Assembly (NCBI GenBank): GCA_907165135.1
Contig: OU015566.1
Span: 10,478,001 to 10,542,000, forward strand
Source: Oikopleura dioica
Taxonomy: Eukaryota; Animalia; Chordata
DNA: 64,000 nucleotides
Reading direction: 5' to 3'
Shown: positions 12,145 to 25,101 of the stretch, piece after piece
How the letters are laid out: each line of letters starts with the position of its first letter
Numbering within the stretch: position 1 is the first letter of the stretch
Notes under the pieces: model-generated
Told to the model about the DNA's origin: nothing
The model's database searches: none
Seen by the model: the letters and a program-made list of their open reading frames with translations, nothing else
Program-made: the position numbers and the translations under genes

Positions 12145-13387
12145 AAAATAGGGAAAAACTTCGTGGCGTTTTAAAACGCCACGCGGTTGCCAACCAATAG
12201 GGCCAGGCTTGCGCCCAAAGGGTTAATTATCCTTGTCGAATAGAATAAAAGCTGAATCCAATCATCCTCGTTATAGCAGTAGAAAGGTGTACCTATACAA
12301 TTCTGATCAGATTTCTTTGGATTAAATGTCTCGCTTGTCAGCAGGATGCAAATTCAATTTGGCGCGCTGCCAGCGGCGCTTGAATTTCTTTTAACAAAAC
12401 GTTCTCCGAAGAATTCGCGGGATTAACGATGATCCGCCAGATTATTTCCAACGATAACTTTCAACATAAAATGCAGCTTCTTTTTTAAATAGCGTATTTA
12501 TCGATAACGATTTAACCTGATCGGTTCAGGCTGAACCAGTGGAGAAAATCGAAATTTTTCAAGGGAACTTACTGATGACAGTAACTTGTCGGGGGTATAG
12601 AGTGCGAAGTACTTGGCAGAAGAGTTTCTGGCAGACTTATCAGGGGAGGAGAAGCCTGTGGGCAACTGAGTAAGCTTGCGCGGCTGAGTTTTGACGAAAA
12701 AGCTCGAACGTGCCCGCCGGCGATGGTGGGGGTGCAGTCGGCTCCACCAACCGAACGCCGCTGCAGCACCAAGTGACACCGACTCCAGTGACTTCGACAT
12801 AACACCGATTTTCACCCGAAAGAACTCGTCAAGAGCACCCTACCGAAAGAGAGCGCCAGAGGATTGAACACGCCGCAGGGCAATCGTCAAATCAAGAAAC
12901 AAACAAGAAAACGCCGCAACTGCTTGGCGAAAATGTACAGTCTCAGTTAGAACCACATTTTTCTGAATGGGCAAAGGGTTATCAATTCAAATTAATAACT
13001 AAAATTTTTGTTAAATTTTTTCTTTCAAATTTTCTAACCCCTGAACAGCCCCAAATGACAACTTCAATTTTGGAGATATAATCGTGCCAAATAAGACATG
13101 CGCTCAGATGAAATAGAAAATTTTGTATGTTTTTCTAGCGTGGATAATTTTAGAACGGCGGCTTCAAAATGCCACCACGCTCATAGAATAAGGTCATGCA
13201 ATTTGTCTGGGCGTTGTTATCCTGCCTGGGTGATCGAAAAAACGAAACATTATGCTCTTAAAATATGTATCCAATGTTTCTGGATGATAATTTTGAGCGA
13301 TCATTAATTAAATTAGCTCTCAAAATAAGTTTGGTCGAGTCTAAAAATGATTCTAGTTTTGTATTCAAGCTCTGAGCGCGGCGACAG

Positions 13388-16382
13388 ATGCACAATGGGC
13401 ACTTGAATGTGAACGGAGTGTGGCTTCCAACCAGTGTCAATGGAAACGTAAACGTAAATGGAAGCGACCAGACGGTCACTTTTGCTCAGCAGATCCGCAA
13501 CGTCAATGGCGCAGGAACGCCGAATCCTCTGGTGCAACAGGTAAGCTAGCGCAGTGATTATTAATGATAATATATGTTTTATAAACAAAAACTCAGATAA
13601 GAAATTTGGCAACATAAAACAAAAAAAATCGGCTATCGATATTTTCATAATATAAAATTGTAAAGCAATACATAGTGAAATTAAAAAGCTCATATAATTA
13701 TGACTCAACCGTATCGTTAATCCCTTAAGTAGAACTAAGGCCACGACACCTAAAAGAGCCATGATCATTTTCATACAAAATGGTTGTTTTTTCTTTCTTA
13801 TGATTGTTGTTAATAAAAACTGCAGGCGCAGCAGCTAACTGGCTCACCCTCATCGTCGCGAGATTCGCCGTATGGAGGAACGCAAGTCAGGTAAACCATT
13901 TTTACTGAGCCAATATTCACGCTTTCTCCAGCGAGCAAAATTTATACGGGACGACGTACTTCATTCCCGACGCTGCCAAGCAACAGACGATCATGTACCC
14001 TCCGTTCATGGCGTATCCGGGCTTCAATGCGGACACCTCGCTGGCCTTCCTCGAGCGAACGGTACATCAAAAGACAAACGCGCGCACTTCGTTCTTCATG
14101 GGTGATGAGTACCGGCAATATCTTCTCAGGCAGAGCGGACAAAGAACTTAATCATTTTCTTGCCATTCTAATTTGAACTCGATTTGAGGGAAATTAAACT
14201 GAACATTAGAAGATCCTGTGATCGCTTACCTGTCACGTGATAACACGCTAGATTTGCATAATCTCGTTTTGCGAACTTAGGGCTTCTCTATCCCTCGTTG
14301 TGAAAATTCATTTTGAAGCTTTTTAAAGTCGTCACATCGAGTCCAGAACATCGGTCCAAGATCACTCTGTCGACGGCGTTCTGACGAAAGGTAAGAATAA
14401 CTAAAGTTTGTGCGGCTAATAACCGGTACTTTTTGCAGCCTTTCCAGATATAACACCAACGAACTCTGCTTCAAAGGAAAGCTACCACTCGCTTTATCCA
14501 CTTGAGCAGCTTCTGGAATCGAAGAGTCAGACGCTGTTGGCGCAGACTTCGACCTTCAGGGCGACGAGGGTCGAAGATGGATTGAACTATTGTTTGAAAC
14601 GAATTCACGGTAAGAATCTTCTGTGGACATTTGTGCTTACAGGACTCTATTTCGGTCATAGATTTGAATATGTACGAGTCACGCGTTTTATGTTTTACCC
14701 AAAACAGGATCTGAACCGTTTGACACGCCCCTTTGTTTTCAACTCTAGAATGTTTTCAACCTTTGTTTCAGGATGTCGGAACTACTCTCAAGACGGCTTC
14801 AAAAACTTGACAAGATGGCAGTCCATTCGACACGCGAATATCGTTACCTTTCATACAGCTTTTACCATAAAGGTAAGCCCTAAAATAGAAAATAATACCC
14901 ACAATGAAGTTCGACCAAAAAGTAGAGATCCGTTGATAGCGATCTTCCTGGTAAGATAATGATCCCTTTTGGCTGAGATGAAAATCTACCGCAGAAAATT
15001 GTTGCGGTTCTTGTGAGAGGATAAGCCCAGTGGCGGATTTGCCTAACAGACAGATTTATGTCTACATCGCTCACGTGCGGATATCTTATCAGTGAAGCTT
15101 TTTCGAACGTGCACCTGAATTTGATCCTCAGCGCTCAGCCGTGGATTACTACTATTTTTTTTTGTCTATCAAGATCAACAGTGTTCACTTTAGGCTTTCG
15201 GGGATAGTTCAATCATGTTCGTCTACGACTATCATCCGACTGCGGAGACGCTCATGCAGCGCCACTTCATGCCGTCAGCAAATCCGTGGAAGCAGAAGCG
15301 GCAACCAGTGACGGAGCCGGTGGTCTGGAATTACATCGTTCAGCTGACATCAGCACTCCGGACGATTCATGCCAAGAACTTAGCTTACAGACAGATGTTC
15401 CCGACGAATATAATTGTCACTGGCAAAGCAAGGTAATTATTTACAAACGACAACAGAGCTATCAATCTTTAATTCAGGCTTCGGTTGAATTATTCCGCTG
15501 TGCTAGATATGATGTCTGGCTCCAAAGAAGAGCTTCAGCGGCACAAACAAGATGATCTTTTCCATCTCGGTCGGGTACGTTCCAGAATTATTCAATGTTC
15601 ACCTTTTTCTAATCAACTTTCAAGCTGCTCTTGGCTTTATGTTGCAATTCAACGCAACCCTTTCAAGGAGACCCTCAAGTCATGAATCAGTGCGCCGAGC
15701 TGGTCCGGAAAAGTTTTAGCGCTGATCTGTTCAAATTGATATCGTGAGTACCTCCTTTGTTAGATCTTTGTAAAGATGACATTTCTAGCTACCTGCTGAA
15801 ACCAAGTGCAACGGGAAAGAGCGTAGACGCTCTTATGCCCATGATTGGAGCCCGGTTTTATACTCAATTTGACAGCTCACTTCTTTGGGGTGACATGATA
15901 GAAGGTGAACTCGAGAAGGTAATATGATTTTCTGTTTCATCCTTTTATGCTATTTTGAAGGAGTTGGAGAATGGACGTCTCTTCAGGCTCATATCGAAGA
16001 TGGGCATGGTTCAATGTCAACCACCAGCAGGGGCGGCGCTTGGTCAGGAACAGTCCTGGTCTGAGTCCGGCGAAAGGCGGCTGGTCCGACTCTTCCGAAA
16101 TTATTTATTCCGCCAGCGCACGGACCAGGGCAATCCTTTCCTTTCCCTTTCCCATGTCATATCATCACTAAACAAGGTAAATAGTAAATAGAAGCAAAAG
16201 TCTTACTGATCCCTAGCTCGACGTGGGGTCCGATGAGAAGATCATTCTGAACTCAAATGACGACCGAACAGTGATCCTTGCAACGTACAACGATATCAAA
16301 TCAGCAATCAACAAGGTATGACACCTTTGAAAAGAGATTAGCTTAGTCCCATTCCAAGTGCTTCATGGATCTCTGTGCATAA
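13388..16382 (+). CDS. PAN3: PAN2-PAN3 deadenylase subunit PAN3 (pseudokinase plus knob domain)
   Basis: SFFMGDEYRQ, SYHSLYPLE, YCLKRIHG, HANIVTFHTAFTIKAFGDSSIMFVYDYHPTAETL, VWNYIVQLTSALRTIH, ELENGRLFRL, WSESGERRLVRLFRNYLF, SLNKLDVGSDEKI all match PAN3. About 11 introns. The N-terminal exons are less certain. Confidence 0.95.
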
Positions 16383-17887
16383 ATGGCGAGCTTGCTTTCT
16401 TCTCCGCGCTGCCCCGACATCTGTTAACCTTCGACTGACTTCTTCCGACGTCCAGCCCTATCAGGCAATGCCTTATTCACCAATTCTTGCCCTGAGTTGA
16501 GGCTTCCCCTCTCTCTCCCCAGTAACCGACAAAGCTTCAAACACACACCTTCTATTTATTATACCTAAGCGTTGAAACTAACGCGTGTGTTTGTAAATCT
16601 TCGTATATAAACATCAGAAAAAGGTGATTTCTCCCCTTTTTCACGCACCTTCCCTGCCACGCCTGGTCAACCTTCAACTTCTTATATTTTTTCCAAATTT
16701 CGAGAAATTGTAAATAGTGATGATGACTCGTCGTTGATTTCATCTCTGCCCCGACATCCCCAAACATGGTGGTTTTAAAAACCCCTACCTCGGGGCTTAG
16801 GTAGGAGTAAAAAACAAATATTGTAATTACTGTAATTTTTTGTCACTACATTTACTGTACAAATCGCTTACAAAAACAAAAGTCTCTTTCAACCACCTCA
16901 GGAAAGAAAACTCAGGCATTAATTAATACCCCCTAGATCCCCCTAATTAGAGCCCAAACGTAGGTCAAGGTCAGTTAGATATTAACAGAGCAAGATTTCG
17001 CCTGGTACCAAAAGTTGGTCCAGGAAGCTGCTATCCGCCAATTTCTCTTTGAACCCAAGCAAAATTCGTTCCAATTTTACTTCCCAGTTACTCTTTTGTC
17101 CAACAAGGACTTTCAGAAATTTTTCCAGGGTGATTTTCTTTTCCACAATTAAAACTTTATTTAAACTTATGCAACACTTTTTTTTCTTCCATTTCGAGCT
17201 TATTTTATTTTTTTCAACTAAAGCAAAGAGGTTCTTCTTTTCTGAGGATAAAATACTATCAAGCTTATCTTATTATTATATTGTATGTACAGCAAAACTG
17301 ATAACTCTTCCACGAATAAGTTCACCAATAATTAACCTGTTTTAATGAAAATGCCAGTTCTAGTCAACATGGACGTATCTTGCTATACTCTCTCTCTCTT
17401 TCACCAATAATTACCTAACGGAGACTAGCCGAGATACGCTCCTAAAGAACGTGGCCAGGTCACGTGCAGAGCCATAGCTGGTTTAACCGTCGCTCGTGAC
17501 CTAAATGACTCCTGTGCCATGGTGCCCAAATCGTCAACTTTATTTTTCCTTTTCTTTCCTTCCTATCTCTAAACAAACACGTCAAACAATTGTTTTAACC
17601 CTCTATCACCATCTCTGCCTGATCCAAAGATGGCAAAGACCGAAAAAAGCGATCACCAAAGGATCGAAACCGACAAAAAACTCCAAAAACACTCGACGTT
17701 GTCAGCGGTCCTTCATGATTCCGCGCCGTCGAGACAAAAAAATTCTAAAATCTTTTAAAAAAGGTGAAATGAGTTAGATACAAAGAACAGTTTATTCAAT
17801 TAGCTACTGTAGCTTCTTCACTGTTTTATCGCTCTTTCTGTGCCACGAGATAAAAATAATAAAATCGTGAAAACCCATCTTTATTTT

Positions 17888-18750
17888 TTATTCACAAAGT
17901 CCGCATGTCTTGGGGCAAACTTTTTCCGCAAATTCTTGATCAGAAAAACATCTTGAGCGTCCAGCTATGCAAGCAAATTGGTTCGCATCCTTGCATGTTT
18001 TTCTGCAGAAACCGCACGAAGATCGGCAGTTCTGTTTCATTTTTTCAACGTATTTTGGAGCATGGCAATATTTCTTCAATTTGGAGCATTTTGGAGAGCG
18101 GTCTCTTGCTTCCTCGCATGTCAAATCGACGATCGTCTGATAGAAAGAGTCAGTAATAACAGAAAACCGTTGAAACGCATCTTACCCTCTTTGTTGGCTC
18201 CAATGCTTGCTTCAGATTAACCTCCAGCTCATTTTCATAAACGCATCTTAAAAACTTTGATCATTTTGTTGTTGAAAGAATTCGCCCTACTGAAAAGGAA
18301 TTAGAACCTCAGCCCGCTCAACAATAGAGCTTGCTGTCTTCTCCTTGTCTCTGATCGTATTCTTGTAAATAATGTGGCTCTCGTTCGAGATCCTCTCTCC
18401 GCCGCAACTTGTCAGTCCGTCTTAAATTCTATCAGAAAATCTTTCGTTGATTTTTCCTACCAGAAATATTGAAATAAGCAAAATCATCATGCTTATTCAG
18501 CATGCATTCTCTATCATTGAGGCTCAATTCGTCATGAAACCGAAGAGGGATGAAAAACAAAGGAACGACAACTGTTATAAAAGCGCTTTGGCAGTCGAGA
18601 ATGATTTCCATTTTTAATGGAACAACGGGTCTTTGGAAGGAACATTATAAGTAGATGTTGATTGAGCTCGATTACACGATAATGGAGGAGGGGGGAAAAT
18701 GATTATCTGGATCATCGATTCTTCTTCTTTTTCGCCCTTTTGGAGCTACT
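17888..18750 (-). CDS. Extracellular protein with an isolated ZP-N domain followed by two ShKT domains
   Basis: Spliced exons give LDCQSAFITVVVP...LSLNDREC...DGLTSCGGERISNESHIIYKNTI...AEVLIPFQCVY (ZP-N four-Cys pattern), then CRDRSPKC..C..KMKQNCRSSCGFC and CKDANQFAC..C..VCPKTCGLC* (ShKT). The 5' end and signal peptide are unresolved. Confidence 0.75.
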
Positions 18751-19232
18751 GTTAAAACGCAAATGGCAGCTTATCGCGCTCTAAAACAGTACATCCCAAG
18801 TGTGACCTTGCCAATCCATATAATCTTTTATTTGTGGAATAGAAAAGAAACTGAAATAAATAATTCCAACACACCTCCTTTCTTTCTCACGGACACCACA
18901 CACAAGAAGATGAACTTTTGACCCAATTGCAAAATTTAAAGTGACCCTAAATATTTAAGCTTGACGACGAGTCGGATGCAATTTTGAATGTTTCAAAAGA
19001 CAGAATGGTTCGTTTAACTAGAATTGATTAATTCTGTTAAATAAGATTAGCATTTAAAATCATCGATAACAACCAAATTTAATGATAAGAAATGCAGTTT
19101 TATCTTATTTAAAAAAATATTTTATATGGGCATTCATTAGTGATTATAATACCGTATTATATAATATGCTTATAATACAATCTTATGTAATGATATGGCA
19201 GAGATATGAATATTCTGTCAGAAAAAATGAGA

Positions 19233-21432
19233 ATATGTCCGCGCGATCCAAGAACGAGAAGGTCTTCCATCAAATTCTTCAATCAGGAAAAGTCCTCCCC
19301 TTTCTCAGCCACTTTCCCAGAGCTTGGAAAATCGACAGAGCCGCTGAAACCCTCAAAAAGCGCCGAAATAAAACACCTTTGCAGGATTATCTCTCGCCCT
19401 GCCCTTGGCCCTTTTGTGCCCCTTGCGGCTATTGGCCTCGGAGCGACCAATCAGCGCCGCGTTCTTCAGCTCTTTTGACTAAACAACCAGAAATCCCCAG
19501 CGCAAAGAGCTGTGTTCATCGAAAACTCGCGAAAAACGACGAAAACGCGCGATTTTATTTCATTTTACGTTTTGAGAGAAAAGCAGCAAACTCTAGAATA
19601 GCGAGAAAACGACGAATTTGCTCAAGAATAATACAAAAATCGAAGAAAAAGCGAAGAAAGGCGCCAAGTTCATTTGCAAAAGAAAGAAGTTGAAAGAAGA
19701 AGAATTTTAAAACAGTTGCGAAAACGAGAAAACCAAAAAGAGAAAAATCAGAAATTGCGGAAATCATAAAAGAGGAAATTTGGAAATAAATGGAGCAGTA
19801 AATGACAGATGGACGCGATGGCTACGAATTAGCTCCAGCATGGCTCAGTAGCAAAAACTTGCAATCTGTAAGTACTCACTTTATGCAGTAATTACTTCGT
19901 ACAAAAAAATGCGTGTTGGGTGGGTGTATTTTGATTCAATTGCATTTTACTTGGCCAAATTACAGTATTTGATCGTGAAAGTGTTTTTGGATCAACAGTT
20001 ATGCTGATATCATATCATTCATAAAAATTGATGATAACTTTCTAGCAGCTATTCTCATATTTTATCATCATCAAAACTGACGCCAGTTCAATGTGTCTTT
20101 CCTGAAAAAGGGTCCAATATGAGAATTCATTATTAATCATTATTTAGTATTTTTTCGTCCATAAAATTGGCTTGCTAACCCGCGTAAAATACCTGAGTCA
20201 GGCGATAATGAGCGGCTTTTGAAGCTCTTTAGAACCTGACTCGGGTTTTTCTCGCCAGCTGCCGAGCCTAGTCCGGAAAAAGTCATTTCCTTACAAATGT
20301 AAGGAAAAGAAAGCAATTGCTTTCTTGCCAAAAATGCTCGGTAGTTAATTTGATCTAATACTCCTTTGGTTTTGAAACTGATAAATTACTCCGTTATTTC
20401 AGAACGGAAGATCACGACTAAATTCAAAACCAGCAACGGCCAGCGATTTCTTCGCGCGTGCCCCAGTTCAAAGAAAAACAGAAAACGTCAAACGACCAAT
20501 GTAAGTTTACAGTTACTGAGTAACGAATCTCTGTACAAACTGCGCTTTCTAGCACCAGTACAAGTAGTCCATCAAATTATCCGCCGCTAAACAAAAATCT
20601 CGGCTTCCTGCAGAAAGGACCACAGCATTCATGGGGTAAAATTCTTTCAGAATCGACAGTAACTAAATCTGATTTACAGGGCAAAGACAGAACAACGACC
20701 GCTTCCGAGCGGCGGCGGCGACTTCGCCAAAAGCTGATGCAGGCTCATCAGTAGTCGGGACCGCGCGGCTCGCCCCCAGGCGCGGTCCTGGAACAGCCCA
20801 ACCCGAGCAGGTACTTTTCTATTTTAAAATGACGTGTGTTTGCATTTGAGCCTCTTTAGTTTTGGAACAAACCCAAGGGAAGACCTGGCCCTCTGTATGC
20901 TGCAAAAACAACTCCGGAAAAGATAATAGGTACAAATTTATTTGACTTTACCAAACCAGAAATTGAAAAGAACTTGCTGCTTTTGCTTATGTTTATTTTA
21001 TGCTAAATTTGTAAAAGCATAGAGGAAAATTTACCAATTGATTTCAATCAATAATTTGCTTAATGTTGGTTTGTAGTGCCTGTTAATGCGGCTCAATCCC
21101 AGTCGACTGGCTCGACTGGTCAGATGCAGTCGCTAGAAACCAAAGTCTTCAAAAAGCGCATCCCGCGCGGCTCAACCTCTTCACTTGGAAACTCGTTCGA
21201 AAACAACAATGACGAAACGGCGAGCAGCGGTGGCGACAATGGCGATGACGGTGACGTCGAAATTCCCTTTGTCGCCGTCGACAACCACACAGGGCATGAG
21301 GTCGAATTCTTCAAAATGCTCGCGCATGATTGGGAATCGGAGCTCAAAAACACGCAGGAATGGGGCTCTAGATTTCTACAAAATGAGAAAATTTGGTCTA
21401 CCTGGGTTGAATTACGTGAATCATGGTCTTGA
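19233..21432 (+). CDS. Uncharacterised multi-exon low-complexity protein (K/R/E-rich then S/P-rich, with a Trp-rich C-terminus)
   Basis: Several short GT-AG-bounded exons (NGRSRLNSKPATASDFFARAP; GQRQNNDRF...PEQ; FWNKPKGRPGP) end in the terminal exon 21076-21432. The 5' part is uncertain. Confidence 0.5.
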
Positions 21433-21678
21433 AACAGCTTAAAATACAGCCGCGAAGCGGCTTTAAAAAAAGCGAAGCCGCTTTGCGGCGTAGTTTTTAA
21501 TCTAGAAAGGCTTGCGTCTTCTGTCATAAGAGAAATAATGAATGATTTCTTATTAATCTTATTCATCTGTCAGCCACTTAAGCATCATTTTGAGCCCTTT
21601 TAAAAGCCGCTGTCAAGGCGTGAGATTGAGCAGTGGGCGATTACGCGTCCAGACAAGGCCCGGGAAAAGTTAAACAAC

Positions 21679-21876
21679 ATGAAGTACGTGTCCCTTTTTT
21701 TATTATTCATCCCCTTTGCGACCGGCGCAGCTGATGTTTTATTTTTAGGGCGCGAGGACTGTTCGATGGATCTGTGCCGATTCTCAGCGCCGCACTGGAA
21801 ACGCTCCCGGTCTCTGTCTGAAGAAAAAAAAGACTCTTTTCTTGTCGTTGTTAATCACCATCCACATTCTGTATGA
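21679..21876 (+). CDS. Candidate small secreted peptide (or first exon(s) of a spliced gene reaching about 22150)
   Basis: MKYVSLFLLFIPFATGA resembles a signal peptide, followed by CSMDLC and a KR dibasic site. An alternative spliced reading exists. Confidence 0.3.
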   Translation: MKYVSLFLLFIPFATGAADVLFLGREDCSMDLCRFSAPHWKRSRSLSEEKKDSFLVVVNHHPHSV

Positions 21877-22584
21877 CCTTCAAACTCATATTTTTTGAAT
21901 CCCTTTCTCAAGAGAAATTGAAAGAAGATGAGTTGGGTAAAGTTTTTATATTTAAAAAAGTGTATAGGCGGGTTTTCTCTCTTTTCTCTTGAAAAAAGGT
22001 TCAAATGATACCTTTAACCTATTCGCGAATGCTAGCCAATCTTTTGACAGGGTCGAAGAGTTCTTTTTTGACCATGCAAAAGAATCGGTTCAGCATGCGT
22101 CTATGAGTTAAGCTACAGAAGAGAGCCGATCAGGCTCGTTCTCCCTTTCTCTTTCAGCTTCTTTATTATTTTTAGTTCATTGGTCATTGTGTCCAGTTCA
22201 GTTTTTACTATTTTTGTTAATTATTTCAATCACAACCAAACTCACCATATTATTCATGCGTGAACACCAGCATTTAAATATATAAAAATATATATTTTAA
22301 TTTTTCCAAGTCCCAACATTGTAGCCCAGTGTCGCACTATTTCTCCTACAAAAACAAAAATGACTCAGACAAAATACAACTTATATTCTGACTTTATTTA
22401 CATACACACAGATTTCTAATCTAAAACTTAACAGCATTTTTTGAATATTAATCTAGTTATCTTTATATATTGATATTTGATTATTTGCTGCTTGACAAAG
22501 CCTATCACCGAGTAAAGAATTATTTACTTTATCTAAGCAATACATATTCATATATAAAGATACGACAGAATTAAAGATAAAATT

Positions 22585-22786
22585 GGGTACTTATTTGAAC
22601 GGTCTAATTGCTCTTAGATGTCCGCATTTTAACGGATATATTCTTCCTCGAGAAAGTTCCTATTTTAACGGATGAAAGAGCCCAAGGCTTGTTGAAATTC
22701 CGTTAAAATGGCGACTTTTTCGAGGAAGAATAAATCCGTTATAATGCGGTCATCGGAGAGGAATGCGCCCGTTGGAATGGGTACCC
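22585..22786. repeat. About 200-bp imperfect palindrome (MITE-like)
   Basis: GGGTAC...GTACCC ends; CCGCATTTTAACGGATATATTCTTCCTCGAGAAAG pairs with CTTTTTCGAGGAAGAATAAATCCGTTATAATGCGG. No clear TSD. Confidence 0.7.
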
Positions 22787-23606
22787 CAAATTTTTGTTAA
22801 TTGAATTGAATCACTTCCAAAAAATAACCCTTCCTTACAGTTACAGTAGATAATCGTTTGTAGAGCGTCAAAGAACGCTACTTATTCGGTACACATTGGT
22901 GTAACAAGTATCTTTTCTTAAATATTGATCCTGAAATTTTAAAATAATCATTGTGTTATCATTAGAAATTTTATTTCCTGAGCTAATTGATGATAGAATA
23001 TTTCTAGAGCTTTACTTTTTGTTTTTTGCTTCACTTACTCTTTTACAAGAGATTTTGTACAAACAATAACTTGTAGATGACAGATCAGGTTCGTCGATTT
23101 GATTGAAAATTAATCATAAATAAGGATGGGGCGTAAGTGATCGGTTTTCGAGGGCAGATAGTAGTGATTTCAATTCTAGAGCTATTCAGGGAAATTAATG
23201 AGCTATGAAATGTCTGGCGATCGTTTGCCAAGATCTAATTATAAAGCCAAATACTGAGAAATCAATATGGGATGGAATGACTCATTTCCTGCTGAAATTG
23301 AGAACCAAGCACTCACTATTATTACCTTCAAAAACAGATACACCAAGTCGTTGAAGTCCTCCCTTTTTTATCCATGAAAATTTCAACCATCCCCTGTGCC
23401 CGTTTTTTTCCTAAAGTTCAAAAAATCAAATTAAAAATTTTCAATTCTCCTCATTTACTATTCTCTCATCTTTTTCTCGCAACGAAAACAAACAAAAAAC
23501 AGAAAGAAGTCGTTTATTTTCACTATTATTATATTCATGAAAAAATAAGTTTTTTGACGTTTTTTTTGTTCAGAGGAAATCAACTGATTCAGCCGTGGAA
23601 CATGAT

Positions 23607-25101
23607 ATGAGTGATCAGGAGTTCGTCCTGCTCGATGAGATCGGCCAGGGCGCTTTTGGAAAGGTCTACAAAAGCAGGAAGAGCTCGTCGAAGGAGATTC
23701 TTGCAGCAAAGGTACAATTCTAGCGCTACTCTAGAACCAAACGAATTCTGTTCTTCAGATCGTGACATGCTCGGCTCCGGAAGGCATCGATCTCGCGCTC
23801 GCGGAAATGTGGGCTCTTTCAAAGGTAATTCTTCTTTTTCTGTTCATTTCATCAAAAAAAAAACTTAGCTGCCGCATCATCCGAATGTCCTGCGTTTTCA
23901 CGGGGCATATCTCGAAGCCGACGGAGAATTCACATATCTCAAGCACGGCGACAAAACCAACTCTGCTTATCGTCGTCTTATTGAGGTACTAATACTCGAA
24001 TGGCTGTAGTTCACTAATTTATCGTTTAGTCTTGCCTGAAAGGAGAAATGATGTGTTCGGTAACGCGGGACTCGCGCTTGTGGTTCATGACAGAGCTGTG
24101 CTCTGATGGCGACCTCAACCGATACATCCTAAAGATCCAGGAATCCAAGACAGCTGCTGAAAATAGTCTCATTAATGCCCAGATTTGTATACAGATGCTT
24201 GACGGTTTAAAATTTCTTCACCATGTAAGTGCTTCCTTTAGAAACCATAGAATGACTCATTCTTTCAGAATACAGTCGTTCACAGAGACCTCAAACCGGA
24301 AAATATACTCGTGGATTTGGCGGACGAGTTGCGCCCGAAGATCAAAATCGCAGATTTTGGCCTTTCCACGGTGATTACCGAGGAGAACTCGCGCTGTTCA
24401 AGCGCATGTGGGTCCGATTACTTCATGGCGCCAGAAGTTTGGAACGGACCGCAGAAAGAATACCAAGTGCGCACCGCTTTTCTTTTTCATCCGTTTTAAA
24501 TCGAATTCAGGGTGATCTGGCGGATGTTTGGTCTGCCGGAGCATGCTGCCTCGCGCTGACAGACAGAGTCTACTTCCGCGACTCGAAGAGTAAAAAGAAG
24601 CTGCTGGGCATCTACTACAAAGACGAGGAAAAAGGAAAAGTAAAGAGCCTCGGAGAAACTCAGGTAGATAAAGCCCTTATTCTCAATGAATCCGGATTAA
24701 TTTTTATTGAAGTTGGGTAGAGCAAACGTTGATGTAGAAGAATTCGTCGAGAGATTCAAAAAGCCAACGAAGCCAATCGGCTGGTACGGCAAAGATGACA
24801 AGTTCAGGAAAATCGTCGTCAAGGCTCTTTCTCGCGAACCCAAAGACAGGTACGCACGCGCTAATCCTTTTCTTTCCTCAGCATTTTTAGACCTACAAGT
24901 AAAGAATTCCATCACCAGCTCGTGCTCGCTGGCAAGGCGAAGATCAACCGCTCAAAGAGCGGCAACATTCGCGAGAATTCGCCGAAGCCAGTGCCCGAAT
25001 CACCGCCGCTGAAGATTCGCCGCTTTGCTCGCGTCCGAAGACCACTGCGAGACGTCATTCCGGTAGAAAAACACAATAGAAGTCCTCTTCTATCGCATTA
25101 A
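23607..25101 (+). CDS. STK35/PDIK1L: Ser/Thr kinase of the STK35/PDIK1L family
   Basis: GQGAFGKV, DLALAEMWAL, LWFMTELCSDGDLNRYIL, HRDLKPENIL, DFG, SSACGSDYFMAPEVW, RVYFRDSKSKKKLLGIY. The latter motifs are diagnostic of STK35/PDIK1L. A few more 5' codons are possible. Confidence 0.9.

Larger units (their letters stand above)
9042..12222. mobile_element. piggyBac-like non-autonomous composite element
   Basis: TTAA on both sides (9038-41 and 12223-26). Termini are CCCTTTAGGCG and CGCCCAAAGGG, with an internal repeat CGTGGCGTTTTAA 2 bp from the left terminal repeat and 28 bp from the right. No transposase ORF. Confidence 0.75.

Noticed and set aside
12400-12960. GC-richer stretch with ORFs on both strands
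   Set aside because: No frame gave a recognisable domain or a consistent exon chain.
14236-14246. TCACGTGA (CLEAR-like) sites here and at about 57338
   Set aside because: Two such 8-mers in 64 kb is near chance, and neither gene is lysosomal.
14873-15195. Long PAN3 intron as a snoRNA host or nested gene
   Set aside because: No paired C/D or H/ACA boxes with terminal stems that I can support, and no convincing ORF.
17628-17777. Short basic ORFs downstream of the ShKT gene
   Set aside because: Under 50 codons, two competing frames, and no splice or homology support.
21290-21432. HEVEFFKMLAHDW as an MCRIP/FAM195 motif
   Set aside because: His-Trp spacing is off by one and the rest of the family signature is absent.
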